DNA of 64,000 bases, from positions 18,588 through 82,587 of the forward strand of contig DIVF01000054.1 of NCBI GenBank assembly GCA_002423285.1, in the 5' to 3' direction. The notes under the pieces were generated by a model. It searched no databases. It saw only the letters and a list, made by a program, of their open reading frames with translations, and was not told where the DNA came from. The translations under genes and the position numbers were made by a program. This DNA comes from Micavibrio sp. UBA6139 (GTDB lineage Bacteria > Pseudomonadota > Alphaproteobacteria > Micavibrionales > Micavibrionaceae). Shown here in pieces: positions 43,037-53,541 of this stretch (positions are counted from its first letter, which is position 1; each line of letters opens with the position of its first letter).

Positions 43037-43944
43037 TTGCTCAAGGCCCGAATATGGGCCGCAGCACAGGATTTGAGGGCGGGAAGGTCATAGCCCCCCT
43101 CCAAAACCGACACCACCTTGCCCCCGGCATACTGGTCGGCCAAGGCGCATAATTCACCGGTTACCCACTCAAAATCATCCTCCCCCAGATTGATCTGCGC
43201 CAGCGGATCATCGCGGTGCGCGTCAAATCCAGCGGAAATCATGATGAGGTCCGGTTTGAAAGCGTGGAGCGCCGGGAAAACCCGGTCGCGATAGGCGGCG
43301 CGGAATGCATCGGACCCATCCCCAGCGGCCAATTGAACATTCAGCACACGCCCCGGTACGCTGTCATCGGGCCCACCGGTATTGGGGAAGAGCGGCCATT
43401 GATGGGTGGACGCATAGAAGATGTCGTCATGCAGACGCGCCATCACATCGGATCCGTTGCCGTGATGCACATCAAAATCAACAATGGCAACGCGTTTCAG
43501 GCCCAGTGTTTGCGCGTGAAGTGCGCCAACGAAGATGTTGTTGAACAGGCAAAACCCCATCGCTTCTTCCGGTTCCGCATGGTGTCCCGGTGGGCGCATG
43601 GCGCAAAAAGCGCGGGTTGCTTTTCCTGCCGCCATATCCTCAACCGCCTGACACACCGCCCCGGCGGCATAAAGGGCGGCATCAAAACTGGCAGGGGACA
43701 GGACGGTGTCATTATCCAGAAGAATGGTTCCCCGGTCGGGAATGGCATCTTGCAGCGCGTCGATATAACGCATCGGGTGTGCCCGCGCGATCCATTGCAG
43801 ATCCGCTTCGCGTGCCACAATCGTGTCTAGCCCCATTTCATCGAACAAATCCAGCAGGGTTTGCAGCCGCGCCGGGCTTTCCGGGTGGCCGGGTCCTGTG
43901 TCGTGGCGTAGGCCGATGGTGTGGGTGTAAATATTTATTGTCAT
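43024..43944 (-). CDS. Histone deacetylase family amidohydrolase
   Basis: GHPESPAR, RPPGHHA, GFCLFNN, DFDVHHGNG, SAGFDAH and LEGGY motifs. Confidence 0.94.
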   Translation of the reverse strand: MTINIYTHTIGLRHDTGPGHPESPARLQTLLDLFDEMGLDTIVAREADLQWIARAHPMRYIDALQDAIPDRGTILLDNDTVLSPASFDAALYAAGAVCQAVEDMAAGKATRAFCAMRPPGHHAEPEEAMGFCLFNNIFVGALHAQTLGLKRVAIVDFDVHHGNGSDVMARLHDDIFYASTHQWPLFPNTGGPDDSVPGRVLNVQLAAGDGSDAFRAAYRDRVFPALHAFKPDLIMISAGFDAHRDDPLAQINLGEDDFEWVTGELCALADQYAGGKVVSVLEGGYDLPALKSCAAAHIRALSNYFK

Positions 43945-43982
43945 GCTTATTGTCCTGAACCGCATTCTGCTTCATTTTAGGG

Positions 43983-45275
43983 ATGCAGGACAAGAGCATG
44001 AATTTTGGAACACACAGCACCGTTGAATATCTGGCCATCCGGTTGCTCCACCGCTGGGTGCCGAAATGGTATGAGGCGTTTTCTGATCCAAAAACAGACG
44101 GTTTTTACGAACGTCTTGGCCATAGTTTTCAACCGGTGCGCACGGGATCACGCCGCCTCTTGACGCAGTGCCGTCAATTATCAATTTATAGCCATGCAAG
44201 CTTGCAGCCCGATTGCCCCGAATTTGGCGCGAACCTTAAGAAAAATTTTGAGCACATCATCAACCGTTATTATAACGCTGAAACAGGGTTATGGCGATTT
44301 AGCCTGAATGATGATGGTGCGGTCGCGGATGAAAATTGCGATCTGTATTCAATTACCTTCGTGATTTTTTCATTCTCTTACTATTTCCGGGTCAGCGGTG
44401 ATGTGCGTGCGCGGGACTACGCGATTAAGACCTTGGATATGATTGATAAGAAATTCCGTATGGCGCCCGCGGGGTTTGCGGAATGTTTGGGCCCTGATGG
44501 AAAACAACTGTGCCAGATGCGTCGCCAGAATCCGCATATGCACTTGCTGGAAGCATGCTTATTCGCCCATGAAACATGGGGTGATCTGGCGTGGCTGTCG
44601 ATGGCGGGGGAGATGGTTTCCATGTTCCATGGCTATTTCTTTGAAGAGGCGAATTGCGCCCTGCATGAATTTTTTACCGATGATTTAAAACCGCACCCTG
44701 AAAAGGGTGGACGGGTGGAGCCGGGCCATTATTTTGAATGGATATGGCTTTTGAAACGCTATGCCACAGCAATGGGTGATGCGAAGCGGTTTGATGCGCT
44801 GTGCGCGCGCCTGCTGACATGGGCCAATGCCCATGGATGGGATGAAGTTCACGGCGGGATTTATGATGTGGTGTCGCCCGATGGAACTCTTCTGGTTGAT
44901 ACCAAACGCCTGTGGCCGTTCACTGAAGCGTTAAAGGCCAACGCAATGATGCTGGATGCCGCCGGGTCGGATAAGGATGTGGTCAAGGCGCGTATTGCTG
45001 AAATGGTCCGCGTATTCCAGTCACAATATATGCAAGAACGCGGTTTCTGGTTTGAATGGCTCAGCCGTGATCTGGTTCCGCAAACCGATTACATGCCGGG
45101 GACCAGCCCGTATCATGTCTATTTTGGCATCATGGAAACACGCCGCCATTTACATGCGCGCGGATATTCCGTGTCGCTGGTCGCGCCGATGATGAATGTG
45201 GCCTATAAACTGCGCCGCGCCCTGTCCATGCGGGTCAGGGCGGTGCGCTTTTTCTTCAAGAAAATAAAGGCTTAG
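43983..45275 (+). CDS. AGE-family epimerase / mannose-6-phosphate isomerase
   Basis: QNPHMHLLEA, EPGHYFEW, RLWP.TE and YH motifs. Confidence 0.88.
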   Translation: MQDKSMNFGTHSTVEYLAIRLLHRWVPKWYEAFSDPKTDGFYERLGHSFQPVRTGSRRLLTQCRQLSIYSHASLQPDCPEFGANLKKNFEHIINRYYNAETGLWRFSLNDDGAVADENCDLYSITFVIFSFSYYFRVSGDVRARDYAIKTLDMIDKKFRMAPAGFAECLGPDGKQLCQMRRQNPHMHLLEACLFAHETWGDLAWLSMAGEMVSMFHGYFFEEANCALHEFFTDDLKPHPEKGGRVEPGHYFEWIWLLKRYATAMGDAKRFDALCARLLTWANAHGWDEVHGGIYDVVSPDGTLLVDTKRLWPFTEALKANAMMLDAAGSDKDVVKARIAEMVRVFQSQYMQERGFWFEWLSRDLVPQTDYMPGTSPYHVYFGIMETRRHLHARGYSVSLVAPMMNVAYKLRRALSMRVRAVRFFFKKIKA

Positions 45276-46045
45276 TTGCCAACCGGGGATTGAATGGTCA
45301 TACCGGCGGCGGGTTCAATATCCGCGACGGCCGCATCAATAATCGCCGCTGTCTGGGCCACAACAGTGTCCTGTGGCAGGGTGCGGTTGAACGCCAGTTC
45401 CTGATCATTCAATTGGAACCCGATCAGAACTTTATAATTCTTTTGGTCTGAACCACTCATCGGGATCATCTGGCGGATTTGTTCGGTGCTGGATTTCGAT
45501 GTTTGTTTGCCATCATAGGCCATCGTTACCGCAAAAACTTCCTTGGCAATGATGCTGCCCTGATTATTGGTGATGGCAACGAAATAGGGGTAGGCAAAGC
45601 TTGGTTTGTCGCTGGCGTTGTTGCGGCCCTTTGGACCGATGCTGCCTTCAAAGGCCAGCGTCATATCAACGGCCATATTATTGTTGCTGATCTTGCAGCT
45701 GTTCTGCACGCTGGTCATGCGGACGGAAGAAACCGCTTCCGCCGGGGCAGGGGCGCCGCCATCAATGAATTGGTGAACCTGATTTAAATCCTGAACGATC
45801 CGCACATCCGGGCAACCAGAGGAAGAGCCACCCGCCGCAGGTGAAATACCAGACGCCATCTGCGCCGTTTGTGTTTCAGATGCCGGGGATGTTGATGGGG
45901 TCGTGGACAGGCGGGCCAGCGTTGATTTGAGGCTGCTGTAGTTCGTCGCAACATCCGATTGCACGCCCTTTGCCGTTTCGCAGGCCGTTAAGGCCAGACC
46001 GGCCGTCATAAGAAGTGCTAGAGCTGAAAGGCGTGTTTTGGTCAT
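45272..46045 (-). CDS. Hypothetical lipoprotein
   Basis: LTAC lipobox; CP.V..., PYFVA and LIGFQL...EL.FN segments. Confidence 0.75.
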   Translation of the reverse strand: MTKTRLSALALLMTAGLALTACETAKGVQSDVATNYSSLKSTLARLSTTPSTSPASETQTAQMASGISPAAGGSSSGCPDVRIVQDLNQVHQFIDGGAPAPAEAVSSVRMTSVQNSCKISNNNMAVDMTLAFEGSIGPKGRNNASDKPSFAYPYFVAITNNQGSIIAKEVFAVTMAYDGKQTSKSSTEQIRQMIPMSGSDQKNYKVLIGFQLNDQELAFNRTLPQDTVVAQTAAIIDAAVADIEPAAGMTIQSPVGN

Positions 46046-46147
46046 CTGATTCCCCCTGAATTATGACACCTTAACGCCTGAAACACTCCTGTTCAACCCC
46101 ATGGATGGGGTATGGATTCATCTGTCCCCATCCCCTATATATGGGTG

Positions 46148-47098
46148 ATGGAAAAGCAGGCATTAACCATTTTATTGGCCGCGCCCCGCGGTTTTTGCGC
46201 CGGGGTTGACCGGGCCATCCAGATTGTAGAGCTGGCGCTGGAGAAATACGGTGCGCCGGTCTATGTCCGCCATGAAATCGTCCATAACCGTTTTGTGGTG
46301 GATGGGCTTCGTGCCAAGGGGGCGGTGTTCGTCGAAGAACTGGATGAAATTCCCAATGATGGCCAGCCGGTGATCTTTTCCGCCCACGGCGTTCCAAAAT
46401 CGGTTCCGGAAGATGCGGCGGCGCGTGAGATGTTTTTCATCGACGCGACCTGCCCCTTGGTCAGCAAGGTTCACCGCGAAGCGGAGCGTCATTACAAAAA
46501 CGGCAAACAGATTATCCTGATCGGCCATCGCGGTCACCCGGAAGTCATCGGCACGATGGGGCAGCTGCCTTGCCGCGCGGTTGTTCTGGTTGAAACGATT
46601 GGAGATGTTGAAACCCTCGTGGTCATTGACCCTGAAAACCTCGCCTGGTGCAGTCAGACGACATTATCGGTGGATGACACGGCTGGAATTGTTGAGGCCC
46701 TGCAAAAACGCTTTCCCAATATTGAAGGGCCACACAAGGAAGACATTTGCTATGCCACCACCAACCGTCAGGCTGCGGTCAAGGCAATTGCCGCGCAATC
46801 CGATGTGCTGCTGGTTTTGGGTGCGCCCAATTCATCGAATTCAAACCGACTGGCCGAAGTTGCCACCACAGCGGGGTGCAAACATTCCGCCCTCATCCAA
46901 CGGGCCACTGATATTGATTGGTCGTTATTTGATGAGAACGTTAAAACTCTGGGCCTGACGGCGGGCGCTTCGGCCCCGGACGTGCTGGTTGAGGAAGTCA
47001 TTACCGCCTGCCGTGAACGCTTTAACGTCACGGTGGAGGAGGTGCGGATTACGGAAGAAAACGTAATCTTTAAAGTTCCCCGTATTCTGGCGGCATAG
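46148..47098 (+). CDS. ispH: 4-hydroxy-3-methylbut-2-enyl diphosphate reductase
   Basis: [19 protein letters not shown] and SSNS motifs. Confidence 0.97.
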   Translation: MEKQALTILLAAPRGFCAGVDRAIQIVELALEKYGAPVYVRHEIVHNRFVVDGLRAKGAVFVEELDEIPNDGQPVIFSAHGVPKSVPEDAAAREMFFIDATCPLVSKVHREAERHYKNGKQIILIGHRGHPEVIGTMGQLPCRAVVLVETIGDVETLVVIDPENLAWCSQTTLSVDDTAGIVEALQKRFPNIEGPHKEDICYATTNRQAAVKAIAAQSDVLLVLGAPNSSNSNRLAEVATTAGCKHSALIQRATDIDWSLFDENVKTLGLTAGASAPDVLVEEVITACRERFNVTVEEVRITEENVIFKVPRILAA

Positions 47099-47100
47099 AC

Positions 47101-48060
47101 ATGGCCGTTTACACGCCTTTGACCGACGAACAAATCGCCGATTTTATCGCCCAATACGATGTCGGCGATTTTATATCCGCCACCGGCATCATGCAGGGCG
47201 TTGAAAACACCAATTACAAAATTGAAACCAGTACGGGGCGGTTCATCCTGACCCTGTATGAACGCCGCGTTGATCCGGCGGATCTGCCGTTCTTTTTTGC
47301 CTTTACCAACCATCTGGTTGAACATGGGGTGAATGGCCCAAAAACTTTGGCCGGAAAAGATGGCAGTTTAACCCGTTTGGTTGCCGGGCGGCCTGTGGCC
47401 CTGATTTCGTTTTTGGATGGGGTTGATATTGCGGCCAATGCAATTGCGCCGTCTCATTGCCAATCACTGGGCGGTGTTGTGGCCAAGATGCATGATGCTG
47501 CGGCGACATTCCCTCACACCCGCGCCAATACATTAAGCCTGTCTGGTTGGGCGGCGTTGATTGAGGCGACGAAGGGTGAGGCGGATGCTGTTGAACCGGG
47601 CTTGGCAAAACTGATTACCGATGAGCTCGTATATCTAAAGCAAAACTGGCCAGCCGCCAGCGCCTTACGGCACGGTGTGGTTCATGCGGATATCTTCCCG
47701 GATAACGTGTTCTTTCAGAACGGCGAAGTTTCCGGTGTGATTGATTTCTATTTCTCCTGCGAGGATTTCTTTGCTTATGATCTGGCGCTGGTGATCAATG
47801 CGTGGTGTTTTGATGATCAGAATGGGTTGGATAATGCCCGCTGGGCTGCCTTGCGGGCCGGGTATCTGGCGCAGCGGCAAATAACGGATGTTGAATGGGA
47901 TGCGCTATCGCTTCTTTGCCGTGGCGCGGCGCTGCGCATTTTGTTGACCCGGTTACAGGCGTGGATTAATCATCCGGCGGGGGCCTTGGTCAAACCAAAA
48001 GACCCGAAAGAATACAGTGCGAAATTAAGATGGCATCAGAATGAAAAAATCGGGCGTTGA
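47101..48060 (+). CDS. thrB: Homoserine kinase type II
   Basis: MAVYT, GVENTNY and [16 protein letters not shown] motifs. Confidence 0.94.
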   Translation: MAVYTPLTDEQIADFIAQYDVGDFISATGIMQGVENTNYKIETSTGRFILTLYERRVDPADLPFFFAFTNHLVEHGVNGPKTLAGKDGSLTRLVAGRPVALISFLDGVDIAANAIAPSHCQSLGGVVAKMHDAAATFPHTRANTLSLSGWAALIEATKGEADAVEPGLAKLITDELVYLKQNWPAASALRHGVVHADIFPDNVFFQNGEVSGVIDFYFSCEDFFAYDLALVINAWCFDDQNGLDNARWAALRAGYLAQRQITDVEWDALSLLCRGAALRILLTRLQAWINHPAGALVKPKDPKEYSAKLRWHQNEKIGR

Positions 48061-48472
48061 GATTTATACAGATGGCGCGTGCAGCGGTAATCCCGGCCCC
48101 GGTGGGTGGGGAACCATTTTGCGTTTCAACGGTATCGAAAAAGAATTATCCGGTGCCGAACCCCTGACCACCAATAACCGCATGGAAATGATGGCGGCGA
48201 TCAAGGGGCTGGAAGCGTTGAAGCAACCATGCTGCATTGATCTCTACACCGACAGTAAATATTTACAGCAAGGTGTGATGGAATGGATGAAGGGATGGAA
48301 AGCCAAGGGCTGGCCAGACCGCATCAAGAATCAGGACCTTTGGAAACAGCTGGACGCGTTGTTGCAACAGCATAATGTCCGTCTTCACTGGGTGAAGGGG
48401 CATGCCGGTCACGTGGAAAATGAACGCTGTGATGAATTGGCGCGCCAAGCGATTAAAACACTGCTGGGCTAA
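48041..48472 (+). CDS. rnhA: Ribonuclease HI
   Basis: [21 protein letters not shown] and WVKGH..NER.D motifs. Confidence 0.97.
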   Translation: MKKSGVEIYTDGACSGNPGPGGWGTILRFNGIEKELSGAEPLTTNNRMEMMAAIKGLEALKQPCCIDLYTDSKYLQQGVMEWMKGWKAKGWPDRIKNQDLWKQLDALLQQHNVRLHWVKGHAGHVENERCDELARQAIKTLLG

Positions 48473-48500
48473 AAACCCTTATATATCAGTCCTTCTCAAC

Positions 48501-48645
48501 GATTCGCAGCGATTCCCTGACGAGTCGCAGGTGAATCCAACCCCTGTTTTCGTGATTCCGAAAATCCAACATGTGCATTGGTTGCTTATCCACAGGTGAA
48601 TCGCCGGATTCTGACCAAACGGGCCAATTTTAAGATTCGTTTAAG
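48501..48645. promoter_or_regulatory. Cluster of 8 CcrM (GANTC) sites + DnaA box (48586-48594) + CtrA-type box (48630-48644)
   Basis: GANTC at 48501, 48511, 48522, 48533, 48554, 48598, 48607 and 48634; TTATCCACA; TTAA-GATTCGT-TTAA. Confidence 0.8.
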
Positions 48646-48742
48646 GTTTAAAACCCAAGCTGAACTTACGCCAGCAGGAACGACTGAATAAGAAGAACAA
48701 CAACTCACCCCTGCAAATGGCGAACCGACTAGGGAGGTTCAC

Positions 48743-49255
48743 ATGACAATAACAAGAACAGTGACCACACAGAATTCGCATCAGGCTTCCACGCTCTCAC
48801 ACGGAAGAACAACGGAGCACATAGTCCTGCCTATGCCCCCAGAGCTCACAGATCTGGCGGCAGGGCAGGACACCCGGTTCGAGATGGAAGTTTACGCACG
48901 CTTTATGCGCCACTTACGCAACGTCCCGAACAGCCGTGCCGAAATCAAAATCCTTGCCTCGATCCAGTTCACCGCCGACATGATGGATGTTGGGGAGGAA
49001 CTGGTGGCCAAGACGCTTGTTGATCTGGGGCTTCGCGCGCCACGCCGGGCCTTCCCATGCGGTTTTCTGGATTTCTTTGATAAGTGCATGTTGCGCCGGT
49101 CTTTTGAATTACAGGGCGGTACCAGCGATTTCAGCGGCCCACCGCAAGCGGTTATCGCGCTGCGCGACCACTGGGATTTGATCGGGGAAGAACGCTTTGG
49201 GCCTTTGCCGGTGCAATACGCGGTCTTCAACGAAAGCGTTTACGTCAGTCGTTAA
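48743..49255 (+). CDS. Hypothetical protein (170 aa)
   Basis: Strong RBS GGGAGG; no family recognised. Confidence 0.75.
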   Translation: MTITRTVTTQNSHQASTLSHGRTTEHIVLPMPPELTDLAAGQDTRFEMEVYARFMRHLRNVPNSRAEIKILASIQFTADMMDVGEELVAKTLVDLGLRAPRRAFPCGFLDFFDKCMLRRSFELQGGTSDFSGPPQAVIALRDHWDLIGEERFGPLPVQYAVFNESVYVSR

Positions 49256-51311
49256 GTTTCCAGCTTTTTGATGAACCATCATCCGGTTTTGCACTCACGG
49301 GCGCCGAGAGAAGCGTCATCGCAGACGGATCAGACGCTGTGGCGGCGGACGGAGATGGTGCGGATTCGGCGGCCAACAGACGTTGCAGCAAACTACCGAA
49401 ATCATCCGATTCCCCCAAGGAAGTGCCATCAGGCGCGGATGAGGAGAGGGAGGAAGCCGAAAGGTTTCTTCCCTTTCCGCTATTTGTGGCGGCAACCATG
49501 ACATCACGCCAGACACGCGCCGGAATTGAACCGCCGGTGACACGCTTCATGGATGAGTTGTCATCATTCCCGACCCAGACAGCGGCAATGTAATCATCAG
49601 TGAAGCCCGTGAACCAAGCATCGCGGAAATCCTGTGACGTTCCGGTTTTACCGGCGGAGGGCACACCAAACTTCGCACCCTGACCCGTGCCGAATTCAAC
49701 CACGCCACGCATCATGCCCTTCAGGCTTTGCATGATATAGGGTTCAAACATCGGGCGGCCCGATTGCAACGCCTTTGGCGATCGTTGATAGATCAGCTTG
49801 CCGTCTTTATCTGTAATGCGGCGAATGGCGTATGGCTTCACGGCGTAACCATCATTGGCGATCGTCGCATAGGCGGTGGCCATTTGTGTCATGGGGATGC
49901 CGCTACTGCCCAGTGCAAGGCTGAGGTCGCGGCTCAGTTCAGCTTCGATGCCAAGGCGTTTTGCCGTGCCAATCACATAGCCAATGCCAATTTCCTTTGC
50001 CAGTTTGTAGGAAATGGTGTTGAGGGAGTAAGCCAGCGCCACATTCAACGGCACTTCACCGTAATATTCGCTTTTGAAGTTGGTCGGGCGGTATTTTCCT
50101 GTGGTGATCGGGCCATCGATCACGATGCTGTCGGGGGTGTAACCGTGTTCAAGGGCAGTCAGATAGACAACCGGTTTGAACGATGATCCCGGCTGGCGAT
50201 AGGCTTGCGCGGCGCGATTGAATTGGCTTTCACCGTAATTCTTGCCCCCCACCATGGCCAGAACGGCACCATCACGGCCCAAAACAACAACGGCACCTTG
50301 CGATACGTTTTTGTCCTTGCCTTCATCTTCCAGAATTTTTTCGAGCGAGCGTTCAGCTGCTTGCTGAATTTCTGGCACCAGTGTCGTTTCAATAATGATG
50401 TCTTCGTTCGGCGTGCCGATGAGTTTATCCAGATCACCTGTGATCCAGTCGGTGTAGTAGCGCACCGAGTCGCCATCGCCGGATTTTTCTTCGATCTTTG
50501 GTGCTGTTTCAATCATCTTGCCGGCGGTGGCGTCTGTGATGTACCCGGCATCTTCCATCGCGTTCAAAACAGTATTTGCACGTTCTTGCGCCAGTTTTGG
50601 ATTGCTGAGCGGGGAGTAGCGGGAGGGGGCCTTTAACAACCCGGCCAGTGTCGCGGCTTCGCGCAGGTTAATATCGCGGGCCGATTTGTTGAAATAGGTT
50701 TGGGCCGCTGCCTCGACACCATAGGTTCCAGCCCCCAGATAGACGCGGTTTAGATACGCGGTCATGATCTGGTCTTTGGACAGCTTGGCTTCCAGCCACA
50801 GGGCCAGCATCGCTTCTTGAATTTTACGTTTTAAAGTGCGCTCACGGCTTAAGAACAGGTTCTTCGCCAATTGCTGTGTGATGGTGGAGCCACCCTGAAC
50901 AACGCGGCCCTCAACCGTGTTACGAACGACAGCGCGCAGCAGGCCAAACGGGTCAACGCCGAAATGCGTATAGAAGCGGCGATCTTCAATGGCCATCACG
51001 GCATAGACCAGATGGGGCGGCAACTCAGACACATCGACATTGATGCCCTTCAATTCGCCGTAACGGGCAATGCTGTTGCCCTCAATATCCTTGACAGTGA
51101 TGGCGGGTTTGCGTTCAAAGCCGGGCTTTTCAATGATGGAGGGTAACTCAGCCGCGTACCACGCAACCAGCGCCGCAACCCCGATACAGGCCCAAACGCC
51201 GACGATCAACATCAGGCGTGTTGCCTTTAATAGAATCCCCTGAGCAGAGGATCCTTTTTTCTTCCTGCGGGAAGAGAACTTTTTCGTCGATTTTTTTGTT
51301 TTACGCGCCAT
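49245..51311 (-). CDS. Penicillin-binding protein 1A family (transglycosylase/transpeptidase)
   Basis: EDRRFY.H, GGSTITQQ, SSFK, SLN and KTGT motifs; start MARK at 51311 inferred from TTGCAC-N17-TATCAC-N6-ATG. Confidence 0.93.
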   Translation of the reverse strand: MARKTKKSTKKFSSRRKKKGSSAQGILLKATRLMLIVGVWACIGVAALVAWYAAELPSIIEKPGFERKPAITVKDIEGNSIARYGELKGINVDVSELPPHLVYAVMAIEDRRFYTHFGVDPFGLLRAVVRNTVEGRVVQGGSTITQQLAKNLFLSRERTLKRKIQEAMLALWLEAKLSKDQIMTAYLNRVYLGAGTYGVEAAAQTYFNKSARDINLREAATLAGLLKAPSRYSPLSNPKLAQERANTVLNAMEDAGYITDATAGKMIETAPKIEEKSGDGDSVRYYTDWITGDLDKLIGTPNEDIIIETTLVPEIQQAAERSLEKILEDEGKDKNVSQGAVVVLGRDGAVLAMVGGKNYGESQFNRAAQAYRQPGSSFKPVVYLTALEHGYTPDSIVIDGPITTGKYRPTNFKSEYYGEVPLNVALAYSLNTISYKLAKEIGIGYVIGTAKRLGIEAELSRDLSLALGSSGIPMTQMATAYATIANDGYAVKPYAIRRITDKDGKLIYQRSPKALQSGRPMFEPYIMQSLKGMMRGVVEFGTGQGAKFGVPSAGKTGTSQDFRDAWFTGFTDDYIAAVWVGNDDNSSMKRVTGGSIPARVWRDVMVAATNSGKGRNLSASSLSSSAPDGTSLGESDDFGSLLQRLLAAESAPSPSAATASDPSAMTLLSAPVSAKPDDGSSKSWKLND

Positions 51312-51402
51312 AGCGGGGTGATAGGCCATTTTTTACAGGGGTGCAAGGATTCCCATGGAAAAACGGCTTAATAATGACAGTTTTCTTTGGGGATATGGCG
51401 GT

Positions 51403-52011
51403 TTAGGGGCCGTTTGGGTTGTTTGGCGGACAGTTGGGCGGCGGGCAGGATGGTGGTTGCTGCGGTGCTTTGCCCAGCCAGCTCTGCACGCCATGGATCA
51501 GGCGGTTGAACTGGTTCTTCATTGTCCGGTCATAGGGGGTTTCGGCGACATAGCCAAAACGGCGGTCATTACCGTCAATATAGGCCAGATGGCGTGATCC
51601 GCCGGGGGCCTGCAATTGCGTTGCCACGGTGTTTGCGAAATGCAGGGCAAATCGAACCGCGTCTTCGTTGCTGGTGGTTTTGAACGCCGCCCTAATCACT
51701 CGAAGGTGATCATTCACGATGGCCGTCTTGTGCAGCAAAATATCACCGCATGTTTCCGTTGTCTTGCGACCCTTCATGTCCTGATACATATGTTGCGGGT
51801 GCAGGGGGTAATAGAATTGATCGCGTCCGATGGATTGGCTGATAATTTGAATGACATATCCATCGGCGGATTTTCTCAAGGCATCCGCCGTCATGGATAA
51901 TGCGCCTGATACGACATCGCTCACATTCCTGTCGCCGGTGATCCGGCCCAGAAAGGCAAGTTCGTGAATCAGATACGCATCTGCTTTTATAGAAAGTGAC
52001 TTATGGCCCAT
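51403..52011 (-). CDS. Hypothetical protein, possible tandem ribbon-helix-helix
   Basis: Start MGHK at 52011; two beta-alpha-alpha-like repeats; Pro-rich tail. Confidence 0.6.
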   Translation of the reverse strand: MGHKSLSIKADAYLIHELAFLGRITGDRNVSDVVSGALSMTADALRKSADGYVIQIISQSIGRDQFYYPLHPQHMYQDMKGRKTTETCGDILLHKTAIVNDHLRVIRAAFKTTSNEDAVRFALHFANTVATQLQAPGGSRHLAYIDGNDRRFGYVAETPYDRTMKNQFNRLIHGVQSWLGKAPQQPPSCPPPNCPPNNPNGP

Positions 52012-52094
52012 TTTTTTCGGGCTCTCCCTGTTACCGGGAAAGTGTAACCGAATCAGGGGTGTGTGGCCAGCCGCAGATGTGCTGCTGTGCAGAA

Positions 52095-53516
52095 TTAGGT
52101 GAGGAAAATTGTCGCCAGCCCCAGGAAAGCAAAGAAGCCAATGCAATCTGTCGCCGTTGTCAGGAAGATTGAGGAGGAAATCGCCGGGTCTTGCTTATAA
52201 TGATTCAAGATAACCGGAATGGCCGCACCAAAGGTGCCCGCCACCAACAAGTTAATAATCAGCGCCATACCAATCACCAGACCCAGAATAACATTCTGGA
52301 ACCATAGCCCTGCCAGCACACCAACCAATGTTCCAAAAATACAGCCGTTTACAAAACCAACTGCGCACTCCTTGGCAACGGTCCGCATCGCATTGGCACC
52401 GGAGAGCTCCCGCACTGCAATCGCACGGACTGCGACAGCCAGTGCCTGCGTTCCCGCATTCCCGCCCATACCGGCGACAATCGGCATCAACGCGGCGAGA
52501 GCCACAACTTTTTCAATCGTTGCACCAAAGGACGAAACAATCGCCGCCGCAATGAAGGCCGTGACAAGGTTTACAGCCAACCACCGGGACCGCAAAAAGC
52601 TGGTGGAAAGAATGGCCTTATAAGAGTCAGCCTCGCCAACCCCGACCAGTTTCAGCATGTCTTCTTGTGCTTCTTCATCAATAACGTCAACGACGTCATC
52701 GACCGTAATCACACCGATCAAACGGTCTTCTTCATCAACAACAGGTGCCGACATCAGGTTTTCACGGCGGAACAGTTGTGCAACCGCTTCCTGGTCCATC
52801 GTGGCCGGGATCGGGTGGATGTCTTCCAGTTTCAGTGTTTCAAGTTTTTCAGACCGCTTGGCGCGAACCAGACGGTTCAGCGGAATTTCACCGGTAATCC
52901 GGTACGCCGGATCAATGATAAAAATATCGAAGAAGTCTTCGGGCAGTTCATCGGCGGCGGCGCGCAGATAATCAATTGTTTTGCCAACCGTCCAGAATTG
53001 CGGGATGGCAACAAATTCACGCTGCATCAATCGCCCGGCGGAATCTTCAGGGAAGCTTAAGCCTTCCTGCAGGGCCAGACGCATCTTTGCGGAAAGGTGA
53101 CGGATAATGTCATGACGGAAATCTTCGTCGCTCAGGCTTTGAATGATGTCCAGCGCATCATCGCTTTCCAGTTCGGAAATAATCGATGCGATTTTCCATG
53201 ACGGTAATTCGGGAAGGATAATCTCGCGCAGTTCCCAAGACAGTTCGGAAAAAACGTAAGGGTCCATTTTTTCAACGAAGTTGTGGAGCAGGGTTGACCT
53301 GTCCTCATCGTTGATTTTTGAAATCAGTTCCGCCGTGTCGGCGGCACTAAGCTCATCCAGCTCTTCCAAAACCGTCTGGCGGTCGTCTTCGCGCAGGGCC
53401 AGAACGACTTTTTGAATAAAGCGGTCACTCAGCCCGAAGACGAGGTCGTTATCCTCGTCTTCTTCTCTGTCTGCTTCCGCTTCCAGTTGGCTCAGGCGCT
53501 TTTCTTCATCGACCAT
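52095..53516 (-). CDS. mgtE: Magnesium transporter MgtE
   Basis: SAGRLM, CBS pair, GMGGNAGTQ and DPA..S..F.TT.TD motifs. Confidence 0.95.
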   Translation of the reverse strand: MVDEEKRLSQLEAEADREEDEDNDLVFGLSDRFIQKVVLALREDDRQTVLEELDELSAADTAELISKINDEDRSTLLHNFVEKMDPYVFSELSWELREIILPELPSWKIASIISELESDDALDIIQSLSDEDFRHDIIRHLSAKMRLALQEGLSFPEDSAGRLMQREFVAIPQFWTVGKTIDYLRAAADELPEDFFDIFIIDPAYRITGEIPLNRLVRAKRSEKLETLKLEDIHPIPATMDQEAVAQLFRRENLMSAPVVDEEDRLIGVITVDDVVDVIDEEAQEDMLKLVGVGEADSYKAILSTSFLRSRWLAVNLVTAFIAAAIVSSFGATIEKVVALAALMPIVAGMGGNAGTQALAVAVRAIAVRELSGANAMRTVAKECAVGFVNGCIFGTLVGVLAGLWFQNVILGLVIGMALIINLLVAGTFGAAIPVILNHYKQDPAISSSIFLTTATDCIGFFAFLGLATIFLT

Positions 53517-53541
53517 AGGCGACTAACTCTCTCGCTTTTTT

